Source: a virus (taxonomy: Duplodnaviria > Caudoviricetes). Taken from it: a stretch of 64,000 nucleotides of DNA. Position numbers and translations under genes: made by a program. Position 1 is the stretch's first letter; the number at the start of each line of letters is the position of its first letter. Under the pieces are notes generated by a model that was given only the letters and a program-made list of their open reading frames with translations, was not told the origin of the DNA and made no database searches. The DNA is taken from the IMG/VR virus record IMGVR_UViG_2933705211_000004, positions 5,884-69,883 of that record; one strand, given 5' to 3'. Positions 9,121-18,877 of this stretch are shown here, one piece after another.

Positions 9121-9630
9121 GGGCGCGCCCCGCGCCACTTCACGTCATCGCGAAGGCGCGCCTCCAGGGCTACCACCTGGGGGCGCGCCTGACCCCCGAC
9201 CCGGCGCTCCAGCGCAACAGTGGCGCTCCCCGCTCTTGCCACCGAGCGCGCCACCGTGATCATCGGTGAGGAGCGCGCCCTTACACGAGCGCCACCTCTG
9301 GGGCGCGCCCTCCCGGCCGGCGCACCGCACGAAGCGCGCCATCAACATCGCGGCGCGCCCCGTCGAGGGCGCCGTCCTCCTGCCCGTAGGCGCGCCCCTC
9401 CTGGTGGCGCGCCATGGCCTGACCTGCAAGTTTTCCGCGCGCGCCGCTGAGATGGCGCGCCCGGCACCCTGCACTGGCCGCCCCCTCGGCGCGGTCGCGC
9501 CACTCCAGCGGCGGGCGGACCCACACCCGGCGCGCCTCTGGGCTCACGGCGCGCCCAGGACACGAAGAAGGGCGCGCCCGAGCGGGCGCGCCCTGAGGGC
9601 GGTTGCGGCGTCAGTTCGCTGGGCGCGCCC
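9121..9630. repeat. dispersed array of about 20 GGCGCGCC-like palindromes
   Basis: GGCGCGCC or 1-mismatch variants near 9121, 9156, 9181, 9272, 9301, 9352, 9389, 9406, 9454, 9529, 9548, 9570, 9584, 9621 and others. Confidence 0.8.
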
Positions 9631-10444
9631 GCCTGCGAAGTTCGAACCGTCGCTGCCGACGTACCTCCTCGCGCGCCTTCTTCGCGTCGGCGCGCACCGC
9701 GTTGAGCAACTGGGAGAAGTCCTCGGGGTGCTTTTCGGCAAGCAGCCGCATGGCTTGCAGGCGGTGATTCGGGGCAGACGGCATCCGCCCCCACCGTGCC
9801 TCCGAGTAGTTCAGCGTGTATTGCAGGAACCGCAGCTCGGCTTCCAGTCGCGACCGCAGTTGGGCGACACGCGCGTCGTGCGCCTTGCGTGTCTCGCCCG
9901 CCTCGGCGGGCAGGTACCCCTCCGGGGTGCGCATCATCTGCTCGGTCAGTGTCTTCGTGCGCAGCGCAACCTCCGGAGAGCGGAACGCCAGGCCCTGGAC
10001 GTAGTTGTGCCCGGCCCGCGTACTCCCGGCTGCCTCCTGCACGAACGTTGACCATTCACTCGCGAAGTCCTCGTCGGCGAGCTGAGCCAGGTATTCCGCC
10101 TCGTCGTCGGCGAGGTCTTCGATCGTCTCGACGACGGGTTGCCGGGCCGCCTGGAGCTGTGCACGGAAGGCGTTCATGCGGGCCTGGTACTCACGCTTCG
10201 ACTCCGCGTCGCCCCGGGGCAGCACGGTCTTGATCTCGCGTGCGGTGCGGTCGGCGGTGACGAGGGTGCGGGTAGCCAGGTCCGGCGAACGGAACGCGGC
10301 CCCCTGCACGTCCCGCGGGGCCCGGGGGTCGATTCCGCCCAATACGTACGTCGCCCATGCCTCGAAGAACGTCTGGTGCGACATTTCCTTGAGGCGTTTC
10401 ACCTCTGCCGAGACCTGCTCGGCAGGTGGCTGCACGTCGGCCAT
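9611..10444 (-). CDS. hypothetical protein with internal duplication
   Basis: RBS AGGAGG. Two copies: W.T(Y/F)V...VQG.AFRSP...LP....E....(Y/H).AR....R..L. Confidence 0.8.
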   Translation of the reverse strand: MADVQPPAEQVSAEVKRLKEMSHQTFFEAWATYVLGGIDPRAPRDVQGAAFRSPDLATRTLVTADRTAREIKTVLPRGDAESKREYQARMNAFRAQLQAARQPVVETIEDLADDEAEYLAQLADEDFASEWSTFVQEAAGSTRAGHNYVQGLAFRSPEVALRTKTLTEQMMRTPEGYLPAEAGETRKAHDARVAQLRSRLEAELRFLQYTLNYSEARWGRMPSAPNHRLQAMRLLAEKHPEDFSQLLNAVRADAKKAREEVRRQRRFELRRRARPAN

Positions 10445-10766
10445 CCCCGCGGCTCCTCCTGGTCGTAGCGGCTCCGGTACTGGCAAGCCGTTGTGCCGCC
10501 GCGCGTGGCGGCCGTAACGATGGCTGCCTCGCAACCGAACCCACTCCGTGTGCCGGGTCGTCGCAGGAGCAACCGCTCTCCGGCCCTGGGCGCTCTGCAC
10601 GCGCGCAGTGTCTCGGCCCGTTGGTCTGCCAGTCGACCCAGGAGGAAAGGGATACCCAAACTCCCAGAACCGGCAGCGGTCCTCAACGTAGTGAGTTCGG
10701 CGGCGAAGCGGCCACCTAGGTGCGGATGATACCCGCCGGCAGTCGGCGGCCGATCCGCAGCGGACG

Positions 10767-11090
10767 TTATCCAGCCTCTCCCTGGCCCGTCGGGCTGGTC
10801 ACAGACTCAATTGCGGGTGCGATCTTGCTCGGCTTCCACAGGAGGTCGTACGTGGTCTGCGAGGCGGCAAGCACCGCGGCGAGCGTGCCGAGCGTGGGCA
10901 GGCCGTGCTCGAACAGGTCCAGGCCGTCGACGCTGACGACCGTGATCACACCTCCGACAAGCGCCACCAGTGTGGCCACGACCTTCTTCGTGGCGGCCGA
11001 CCATGCCGGACGCTGCACGATCGCGGTGAGCAGGGGGAGGAGGGAGCCGACCGCCGAGCCGGTGGCGATGGATTCAAGGGTGCTGGACAT
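10767..11090 (-). CDS. holin-like membrane protein
   Basis: LLPLLTAIVQRPAWS...YDLLWKP, 3 TM segments, actinophage holin-like; preceded by late promoter motif. Confidence 0.7.
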   Translation of the reverse strand: MSSTLESIATGSAVGSLLPLLTAIVQRPAWSAATKKVVATLVALVGGVITVVSVDGLDLFEHGLPTLGTLAAVLAASQTTYDLLWKPSKIAPAIESVTSPTGQGEAG

Positions 11091-11126
11091 AGGGGTAGCC
11101 CTGTCTGTCGGGAACGAGTCGCCGAG

Positions 11127-11156
11127 ACAGTGACCGGCTGCGGGTGCTTGTGTCGC
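11127..11156 (-). promoter_or_regulatory. late promoter motif (holin)
   Basis: GCGACAC-N17-CACTGT. Confidence 0.7.
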
Positions 11157-11166
11157 GCGCTCGCCA

Positions 11167-11661
11167 CTACGGGGCTGCGATGTCCTCGGCGATCTCGACA
11201 GGCGGCTCGGGTGGGGTACGGCCGAGCTTCCTGATGGCGTCGATCAGGGTGTGGATGTATTCGAGTGCCACGGCCTTCCAACGGCGGTCGCGGCGCTGTT
11301 CCTCCTGGAGGAGGCGGACTTCACGCTGTAGTTCGAGCTGCCCGGCTTCGAGATGGGTGACCCGCTCGACGGTCTGTGCGTGCATCGTGCGCTCCGCGTC
11401 GAGGAGCGTCTGCTGCTGGTCGAGCATGCCGCGCTGCTGGTCGAGGAGACTCGCGAACCCCGAGGTCACCGTCTTCATCGCCTCGACATAGGTCTGCCCT
11501 TCGCTGACCTGCGCCGAGGTCGCGGCCTGTACGGATGCGACGTGTTCGTCAGCATCCCCACGGCGCCGCACCTGGCGGTAGCTGAACCAGGCACCCCCGA
11601 TGACACCGGCCATGCCGGTGAGGGAGGCGATGATCGGCGCCAGGGAGCTGAGCCAGTCCAC
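11167..11661 (-). CDS. membrane-anchored coiled-coil protein (lysis region)
   Basis: GTG with AAGGAG RBS; N-terminal TM, coiled coil, terminal PPEPP. Confidence 0.7.
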   Translation of the reverse strand: MDWLSSLAPIIASLTGMAGVIGGAWFSYRQVRRRGDADEHVASVQAATSAQVSEGQTYVEAMKTVTSGFASLLDQQRGMLDQQQTLLDAERTMHAQTVERVTHLEAGQLELQREVRLLQEEQRRDRRWKAVALEYIHTLIDAIRKLGRTPPEPPVEIAEDIAAP

Positions 11662-11780
11662 GGCGTCTCCTTGAAATGGTGCGTGAGTGGGGCGCGCGGA
11701 AGCCGGAGCCGAGGGGCCCGCGGCTCCCTGCAGTCCGTACCGTGCGGGATCAGGCTGCTTGTGTCGCCTCCTGGAACGAG

Positions 11781-12155
11781 TCAGGGAGTTCGGCCGTTCG
11801 CCGGGGCCGGGCTGACGCCGGCGGTGATGTTCCAAGCGGCACGTACGGCGGTGAGGATCTGCTCGTCGGTAACCGCAGCCTGGGCGGTATCGGGCTGCCC
11901 TTCGGCATAGGCAGCGAGCGCCGCGGCGGAGACGGTGGCGTCGGTGGCAATGACCGCCGCCTGGCCGGGCCCGGTCAGGTCTGCGGGGCTAAGGACGGTA
12001 CGGGCGAAAGCCACACGGAGCGGGTTGCCGTGAGTGTCCGGGCCCTCGGCCATCACCTCCCGGGCGATGCGTGCGAACGCCATCCGCACGCGGGAGCAGA
12101 ACTGGGGGCTGCGCACAAGCAGGTCGTGCTCGGCCAGCAGCGGGGACAAGGACAT
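11781..12155 (-). CDS. phage tail-associated hypothetical protein
   Basis: GAGGAG RBS; VTDEQILTAVRAAWN motif; follows tail fibre gene. Confidence 0.75.
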   Translation of the reverse strand: MSLSPLLAEHDLLVRSPQFCSRVRMAFARIAREVMAEGPDTHGNPLRVAFARTVLSPADLTGPGQAAVIATDATVSAAALAAYAEGQPDTAQAAVTDEQILTAVRAAWNITAGVSPAPANGRTP

Positions 12156-12176
12156 GGTGGTCTCCTCGGGGATGGG

Positions 12177-14633
12177 TTACTTGGTGTAAGTGACGCGGAG
12201 TTGGGGGGCGTTGTCCTGGCCGTAGCCCCGCGCCCGGCCGTAGTACGACAAGGAGGAGTTGTTGGGGTCCAAGGCGATGCCGCGCCAGGAAGTGCTGTCG
12301 AAGATGCTGGTGATATCGACCCACTTCCCGACGTTCTTGCCCCAACCGACCGCCATGGACTGGGAGTCGCACGAGAAGCTGGAGGGCCGGGAGGCGTGGC
12401 CGTGCGCCTTGATGACCGCGGTGCCGCCGTCGTTGTAGTACCAGTGCTCGAAGTAGAGGTACAGCTCGGCCTTCTGGATCTTCGCTCCGGACAGGTCGCT
12501 GGTCAGCGAGCCGGGGAACCCCACGAGTGACGCCTGCGTGCCGTTGGAGGAGCTGTAGTAGCCCTGCAGCATCGCGTTTCCGAAGTAGGAGTTGTAGCCG
12601 CTGCGGTTGGCGTACGAGCCGGACCAGGCCGCCGGATAGGTCCGGGTGTACTGCTGGCGGGGCGGCGTGGTGGTTCCCCCGCCGTTGTTATAGACACCGG
12701 TCTCCGGGATGTGGGGCCCCAGGTCTTCGATGTACATCAGGCCGAGGCCTGTGTCGTGACCGCGCAAGGTGACGGTCTGCCCGCCGGGCCCGTTGACGTT
12801 ACGGAACGTCGACAGGAGTCGGTGCAGGCCTGGGGTCAGGTCATCGCCGCGGAAGATGTGCTCGATGCGCACGCGCATCCAGTCGTCGCTGCGCATCGGC
12901 CACACCCCCCACTGCATCTGGGGTGAGGTGATGCGCGGGGTCGATGCGCCGCCGTCACGAAAGCGGATCTGTAGCTCCCCGCCGGCCACCGAGGGATCGC
13001 AGAAACAGTCAAGGACGATCCGGTAGGTGCGCCCGGGTTCGGAGTTGAAGGCCAATTCGACGTACCCCATCTCGGTGCCCGTCGAGGTGATGACGGATGC
13101 CTGATAGTCCAGCGCCAGCAAGCCGCGGGGCATCCGGTCCAGGAGCCGCTGCAGTGGATCGCCGCCGATAGTGAGGGCTCCGGCGACCGAGAGATCCTGG
13201 AAGCCTGCGCTGCCGCGTTGGTCGATGGTCGCCACGGGGGTGCCGTTGGTAGCGAGGGTCAGGTAGTTGGGCCTGCCGGAAACGAGTGCGACGGCCTCCT
13301 GGCCCTCGCCGTCGAACAACCGCAACCCCTGTGGCGAGAGTTCTGCGTGAGCCCCGGTCTGGCGGCCACCGATGACGGCACGAGCCTCCGCGTTGTCGAA
13401 TCGCACCGTTCCGGCCGTTGACGCGAAGGTCTCCACGGCCACCAAGGCACGGGTGGCTTGCTCCGGGGCCTTGACTTGCCCAGATATGCGCTGCCAAGTG
13501 CCGTCGCGCACCGGGGGCTTCGCCTCGACAACGCCCCACGAGTCCATGGGTTTTCCGGAGCCATCCGCCCACTGGGCGTAGATCTTCACCGCCTCGCCGA
13601 CCCAGTCCGCCGAGCACTGATAGTCCACGCTGAGATACAGGGCCTCGCCCGGCAGGACGGGCGCGCTGGCGAGCTGGAGCCCGCGGGTGGCCGGAGCGGG
13701 TGCGCTGGCCGCGACCTGGAGCGCCTTCGTCGAGTTGTTGCCTCCCGGCACTACCGCCCAAGAGCTACCCGCCCCAGCGACCCGTTGTGCCGTGACCTCG
13801 CCCTCGAACGACGGATCGGGGATGAAGTTGCCGGTGATGCCGAGGGCTAGCTTGTCGGCGGTGATCGCACCCGCCTTCAGGTGGGTGGCTTCGATCTGAC
13901 CGGCCTGGATGTGAGTGGCCTGCACCGACTGCGCGGCCAACTCCCGAGCACGAACCGCCCCCGAATCGATCTTCCCGGCGACCACCGCGTTCGCGGCAAG
14001 CAGGTCGGCGCCGATCGTCTGCGCAATCAGCTTCGAGCCCGGTATCGAGCCGTCCTTGAGCCAGACCGCCAGATCGAGCAGCGCGGACAGGTCAGGGCCA
14101 TCGACCTGCCTAGGTGTTCCTGCGACCGTGGCTGATGGCGGGCCTGGCTGTCCGGCGGTGTTGGCGGCGACCAGGCGGACGTGCACCGCGGCGTACGAGG
14201 CCGTGGCCACGGTGACAGTGCCGCCCCGCCCGCCGGTGATGGTCGCTGCGAGGGTGCCCGTATCCGGGGTGAAATTGGTGGCTGTGCCGAGATGGACCTG
14301 AACGTGGGAGAAGTCGGCCGGCGTGCTGTAGGAGTCGGTGAACGTGCCGTTCCAGCCGACGACGAGCCCGGCCAGGACAGGTTCGACGGTGGGGGTCGTC
14401 GGAGTCGGCGGCGGCGTTGAGTTGTGCGGGACCACGGCGACCGTTCCGTCGGGCTGGATGCCGACTGACCCGCGCAGCGTGCCGTCCTTGGCGTAGATGG
14501 GGAGGGCTCCGCCCTCGATGCTGGTGCGGGAGGCCTGCGTGGTGCGTTCGAGTGCCTGGAGGCGACGGTCGTAGTCGGCCAGCACCGTGGCCATACGTTT
14601 CGCGTCCGACTGGGCATCCAGGAAGTTCGCCAT
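12177..14633 (-). CDS. minor tail / receptor-binding protein
   Basis: FN3-like N-terminus, (A/I)xAxxL repeats, NFIPDPSFE carbohydrate-binding-like domain, terminal PQLRVTY. Confidence 0.8.
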   Translation of the reverse strand: MANFLDAQSDAKRMATVLADYDRRLQALERTTQASRTSIEGGALPIYAKDGTLRGSVGIQPDGTVAVVPHNSTPPPTPTTPTVEPVLAGLVVGWNGTFTDSYSTPADFSHVQVHLGTATNFTPDTGTLAATITGGRGGTVTVATASYAAVHVRLVAANTAGQPGPPSATVAGTPRQVDGPDLSALLDLAVWLKDGSIPGSKLIAQTIGADLLAANAVVAGKIDSGAVRARELAAQSVQATHIQAGQIEATHLKAGAITADKLALGITGNFIPDPSFEGEVTAQRVAGAGSSWAVVPGGNNSTKALQVAASAPAPATRGLQLASAPVLPGEALYLSVDYQCSADWVGEAVKIYAQWADGSGKPMDSWGVVEAKPPVRDGTWQRISGQVKAPEQATRALVAVETFASTAGTVRFDNAEARAVIGGRQTGAHAELSPQGLRLFDGEGQEAVALVSGRPNYLTLATNGTPVATIDQRGSAGFQDLSVAGALTIGGDPLQRLLDRMPRGLLALDYQASVITSTGTEMGYVELAFNSEPGRTYRIVLDCFCDPSVAGGELQIRFRDGGASTPRITSPQMQWGVWPMRSDDWMRVRIEHIFRGDDLTPGLHRLLSTFRNVNGPGGQTVTLRGHDTGLGLMYIEDLGPHIPETGVYNNGGGTTTPPRQQYTRTYPAAWSGSYANRSGYNSYFGNAMLQGYYSSSNGTQASLVGFPGSLTSDLSGAKIQKAELYLYFEHWYYNDGGTAVIKAHGHASRPSSFSCDSQSMAVGWGKNVGKWVDITSIFDSTSWRGIALDPNNSSLSYYGRARGYGQDNAPQLRVTYTK

Positions 14634-14641
14634 GACCGCGG

Positions 14642-14671
14642 ATGCTGCGCTGGCGACACCCCTTGCGTCGC
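14642..14671 (-). promoter_or_regulatory. late promoter motif (tail fibre)
   Basis: GCGACGC-N17-CAGCAT, 8 nt before ATG. Confidence 0.7.
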
Positions 14672-14847
14672 GCGCTGTGAGGGGCGGGGGGACCCGCTAC
14701 TCGGCGGAAGGTAAAGCCCAGGTAAGGTTCAATTCGCGACGACCTGGGTGGATTTCTGATTCCGGGTTGTCCCATGTTCGAGGCAGGCAAGACGCATCAG
14801 GCGACGCGGGCCCGACCAAGCAACGACCACGACCCTGGAGAGTTCCG

Positions 14848-15624
14848 ATGCGCCGTCCCCTCGCGCTGGCCGCCATAGCCGTCGTGCTGTGCGCTGCCTG
14901 CACCCGCGTTAACGACCCGGATGCGCAGGAAGCCGTACAGAAGGCAGTTGACGCCACTCGGCAGACAAGTGCTCACATCAGCACCATGCTCGACCTCGCG
15001 GACGGTCTCGGCAAGAAGGCGCAGATCGCCACGGACGGCAGTTTCGACATGGCTGCCGACAAGGGCCGTATTGATGTCCAGCTCGTCCAGGGCCAGAACC
15101 GCGGCGACCTGATCTTCGCCGACGGCAAGATCTACATGCGCAACGTCGAGCCCGAGGAAGTGGACCACAGCTGGCTGTGGTCCAACCGCGACACCGCACA
15201 GGCCCACTACCTGTTCCGCGCGCCGAACAACGACCCGGAGCACACACTGCTCCAAGTGTCCAAGATGCAGAGCGTGCACTCCAAGGGCAAGGAGACCGTC
15301 AACGGCATCGAGGCCACTCGCTATGCCGGTGACCTCGACTACGACACGATGGTCCTGCGCATGGCCGCGGACACGCGAAAGAAGCTCGACAACGCTGTCA
15401 GCGAGTACCACGGCAGCGGCCGCAAGATGCCCTTCACTGCGGAGGCGTGGATCGACGGCCAGGGGCACTTGGTACAAGCGCGCCTCGCGATGAAGGACGC
15501 GGCGACGACCTACGCCCAGCTGACGATGACTCTCTCCGACCTCGGCAAGCCGGTCGCCGTGACGCCGCCGCCGGCCGACCAGACGAAGGTCGCTGCCGAC
15601 AACCCCAACATCCTGACCGGTTGA
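14848..15624 (+). CDS. LppX/LprAFG-like lipoprotein (moron)
   Basis: Signal peptide with lipobox (VVLCAAC); GKETVNG...TRY, WIDGQG and SDLGKPV.V..PP motifs. Confidence 0.8.
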   Translation: MRRPLALAAIAVVLCAACTRVNDPDAQEAVQKAVDATRQTSAHISTMLDLADGLGKKAQIATDGSFDMAADKGRIDVQLVQGQNRGDLIFADGKIYMRNVEPEEVDHSWLWSNRDTAQAHYLFRAPNNDPEHTLLQVSKMQSVHSKGKETVNGIEATRYAGDLDYDTMVLRMAADTRKKLDNAVSEYHGSGRKMPFTAEAWIDGQGHLVQARLAMKDAATTYAQLTMTLSDLGKPVAVTPPPADQTKVAADNPNILTG

Positions 15625-15651
15625 TCCGCAGGCACCGACGTGTCCGCCACT

Positions 15652-16854
15652 TCAGTAGTGGAAGCTGTCGGAGCGCTTGAGGTTGAGGACGCAGGTGCCG
15701 TCCGCACTGATCTCGTCTCCGACGATGCGGTGCCACACGTCGACGTCCCCCACCCAGGGAACGTGGACCTGGATCCGGATGTCGTCGCCCAACACCCACG
15801 CCCCGAACTGGGCGTTGGGGTGGTCGATGACCTGGATTGCGGGAATCTGGAGCGCCTGAGTGCGCCCGGCGATTTCCTGCTCGCCGCGGATCCGCAATGC
15901 CGAGTCCGACGAGAGGGTCTTGTCGGCGACGGTGGCCACTCGACGCAGTCGGCCGTCGTAGCGGTACACCTGGGCGCGGGCCATCGCGCGCCCCTCGCCC
16001 TTGCCGAGCACCATCACTTCGTTGGCGAACTCATCGCCCAGCCCCTCGGGTTTGGCGATGGCGGAGATGTTCTCGCCGTCAGCGAATCGCAGGTCGTAGC
16101 GTCGGCGGCCGAGGCGGGGGGTGCCCAAGCGTATTCGGTGCTCGATCTGGTTGCCGCCGTACGGGGACCAGTCGTGCGTCTCGACCCAGTCGAACGGGAC
16201 GGTCTTTGCCAGGGAGTCGAGGGCAACGCCGCAGTCGGGGTGGTCCCACCAGGACAGTTGCCACGGGTCGGAGCCGTCTGCGGCCCCCAGGAGTTCGCCG
16301 AGGTTGTGTGTGTCGACGGTGACGCCAACGTCGCCGTAGGGCCGGGACTGGACGTGTGCCCAGATGCGGCGGAACCCTTCGAACGCGTCGATGCGGGGGC
16401 CGGTGTACGGCGGCGGCGGGGGCGGCACCTGCCGTTTCGGTTTTGAACCGTCGATGTAGCCGTCGTGGTTCTTGTCCTTTCCCGCATTCGGATCGGGCGG
16501 GGTGATCAGCTCGCCGGAGATCACGTGGTCCTCGAACGGGATGCCGTGCGCGTAGGTGCTCAGCCCCTCGCACTCCAGGCTCAGCTTGGGCCCGTCGAAC
16601 CCCATCTTCGTGACGATGCCGCCCCACCGCAGATGCCCATCGACCTCCAGGAACAGCTTGGTGCCCCACTCTTGGATGATCGGCTTGCCGTCCGGGCCGA
16701 GCATGCGGGCGTATTCGGGCTCGATGGTGCCGCTCAGTGAACCCGGCCCGGACAGGGTCCGCTTGGGATTGCCACTCGGCGCCAGCGGCACGTCCCAGTC
16801 GATCACGAACGTGTCCAGCGCTCGCGCGGCGATGTAGCGCCAGGCGGCCGTCAC
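15652..16854 (-). CDS. minor tail protein (Tal / Gp37-like hub)
   Basis: WGGIV, FANEVMVLGKGEG, LGDDIRI motifs; GTGA overlap with upstream gene. Confidence 0.75.
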   Translation of the reverse strand: MTAAWRYIAARALDTFVIDWDVPLAPSGNPKRTLSGPGSLSGTIEPEYARMLGPDGKPIIQEWGTKLFLEVDGHLRWGGIVTKMGFDGPKLSLECEGLSTYAHGIPFEDHVISGELITPPDPNAGKDKNHDGYIDGSKPKRQVPPPPPPYTGPRIDAFEGFRRIWAHVQSRPYGDVGVTVDTHNLGELLGAADGSDPWQLSWWDHPDCGVALDSLAKTVPFDWVETHDWSPYGGNQIEHRIRLGTPRLGRRRYDLRFADGENISAIAKPEGLGDEFANEVMVLGKGEGRAMARAQVYRYDGRLRRVATVADKTLSSDSALRIRGEQEIAGRTQALQIPAIQVIDHPNAQFGAWVLGDDIRIQVHVPWVGDVDVWHRIVGDEISADGTCVLNLKRSDSFHY

Positions 16855-17810
16855 CGCGGTGTCACCTCGGGTGCTTGCGACCATTCGACGTCCGCGATTG
16901 CCGTGGTGGCGATATCGGCCTGGAGCCAGCCGCGGTTCCGTTCGTCGAGCTGGATCATGGCTTCCAGCCAGAAGGAGTTGCCGCGGAAGATCCACGGAAC
17001 CTGGATTGTGTCTGCGGAGATCATGTTGATGCGTGCTGTGGATGACTCGAACACCACGGACTGCCCCGACATGGGGCCGATACGGAATCCGCAACTGCCC
17101 CACACCGAGCCGTCGATCACCTGGGCCCCGGCCAAGTTCATGATGACGCGGGCCTTGGTGGCCCACTGAGGGACGGTGACCTGCCAGCGGGCGACGGGCG
17201 GCCACTGTATCCACTCGTTTCGGTTGCCGCCCCAGTTCTGATCACTGGTCGGCGACGCGGTGTAGATGTCCCGCTGCTTGCGGGGCTGGACCAGGGAGCG
17301 GCAGTCCGTGATCACCGCCTGGGTGATCGTGGTGGTGTTCGCCGGTATGTCGATTCTGGCCAGAGTGATCGCCGAATCGCCGGGACGGATCTGCCGCACG
17401 TCGGTGGTCGTGTTCGGGACACCGGAGATCACACGCGTGAAGATGAACGGGCCCGCCTTCGGGTCGGCAGGGAGCGGCCAGGTCTCCCCGTAGGAGTAGG
17501 GGTTTTCGACCCTGGCGACGATCAGATCCGAGCGGGCCGCCTGGCCCGTCGCCGCGATCGGAACCTCGTGTGTGGCAGGCAATCGAGCGGCATAGGCCTG
17601 ATACGAGGCACCCACGGCCCGATTCAAGAGTGCGCACGCCCCCGGGGCGATCTGCACCGCGGCCGCCGGGGCGATCAGGGAACGCACCTGCAAGTCCGCG
17701 GTCCCCACGATTCCTTGAGAGCCGCCGAACGCCGCGTACGACATGAGGCGTGTGACCTCCGAGCTGTGCTCGGCCCCGCCCTCGACGAACCACGGAACGC
17801 TGTCCCACAT
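16851..17810 (-). CDS. minor tail protein
   Basis: ARSDLIVARVENP...ITLARIDIPANT..IT...ITDCR motif of actinophage minor tail proteins. Confidence 0.8.
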   Translation of the reverse strand: MWDSVPWFVEGGAEHSSEVTRLMSYAAFGGSQGIVGTADLQVRSLIAPAAAVQIAPGACALLNRAVGASYQAYAARLPATHEVPIAATGQAARSDLIVARVENPYSYGETWPLPADPKAGPFIFTRVISGVPNTTTDVRQIRPGDSAITLARIDIPANTTTITQAVITDCRSLVQPRKQRDIYTASPTSDQNWGGNRNEWIQWPPVARWQVTVPQWATKARVIMNLAGAQVIDGSVWGSCGFRIGPMSGQSVVFESSTARINMISADTIQVPWIFRGNSFWLEAMIQLDERNRGWLQADIATTAIADVEWSQAPEVTPR

Positions 17811-17902
17811 GTGCTTTCCCTCCTGCTGACGACAGGCGGGCACTGTCCACGGCGAAGGCGGCTTGCGTCGCGGCCTGCCAAGGGCCGTATCGGCGCGCGG
17901 TG

Positions 17903-18877
17903 TCACAGGTACGTGTAGGCGTCTCGCCAGGCGACCGTCATGAACGACGACCCGGTGGCGTCGACGCCGCGAAGGACCAGGTCGTGGCGGCCAAGCGGGA
18001 GCTGCATGTTCTGCATCCGAGGAGTGTCGCGGCTGAGCGCTCCGGCGACTGAGCCGCCATTGTTGAGCAGCACCGTGCGGGCCCACGGCCGCGGGTCGAT
18101 CGTGATCCACTCCCCGTCACGCAGTTTCCTGTCGAGACTGACGCGCCACCCGCGCTGACCGCCATTCCACAACTGCTCGTCGTCACGGAGCACCACTTCG
18201 CACGAAGGCTGGCTGATCGGGCCGTAGATCGTGATGACTGGCCACGCCGGCTTCGTGCCCTCGACCACCGCGGCCACCGACGTCTTCGCCGTGCTCTCAC
18301 CGGTCATCGTCAGCGGCGTCCGCAGCGGCCCCGCCAGCCCCCGGTGCGGCGGCGGGTTCAGGTCGACCCGGACACTCTTCTCGACATCGTCATAGGCCAC
18401 CCCGTCCACACAAGCGAAAGTGGTGACGACCGGCGTGTAGCCCTGGCGGGTGAGCCGCGACCCGGCAGGTGCCCACTTGCGGGGGCGGCCGTAGAAGCGG
18501 CGGCACCGTCCGCCCTGCACCGTGCGGAGCACGGCTGGAACTCCGAAGCGACCCCGTACTGCCTCGGCGTCCCAGACCCGGCCCATATCCGACAGTGCAG
18601 CCAGGTTGTGCCCGTGCCGGCCGGGCTGATCGGAGGCACTGTCGACGCTGTCCACACCGATCTCGAACGTGAGCGTTGCGGCTGCGCGGTAGTCCCTGCC
18701 GAGCCGCACGCCATCGGCCTGCGGCAGCGGCGTGTCGCCGGTGTCCGTATCGCCGTAGGCAATTTCGTAGGGCTCCAGCAGGTAGTACCCGCTCGCCGTC
18801 GTGCCGAAGACGAAGTCCGCCCCCGGGTGGAGCCCACTGGGCCCGTAGACCAGATTCCACTCACCCTCAGACAGCAT
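17903..18877 (-). CDS. distal tail protein (Dit)
   Basis: Directly after tape measure; YGRPRK, WPVITIYGP, terminal WRDAY. Confidence 0.75.
   Translation of the reverse strand: MLSEGEWNLVYGPSGLHPGADFVFGTTASGYYLLEPYEIAYGDTDTGDTPLPQADGVRLGRDYRAAATLTFEIGVDSVDSASDQPGRHGHNLAALSDMGRVWDAEAVRGRFGVPAVLRTVQGGRCRRFYGRPRKWAPAGSRLTRQGYTPVVTTFACVDGVAYDDVEKSVRVDLNPPPHRGLAGPLRTPLTMTGESTAKTSVAAVVEGTKPAWPVITIYGPISQPSCEVVLRDDEQLWNGGQRGWRVSLDRKLRDGEWITIDPRPWARTVLLNNGGSVAGALSRDTPRMQNMQLPLGRHDLVLRGVDATGSSFMTVAWRDAYTYL

Noticed and set aside
9121-9630. GGCGCGCC array as a CRISPR array or coding region
   Set aside because: Repeat is only 8-10 nt with irregular spacing; overlapping ORFs are low-complexity Arg/Ala/Pro.
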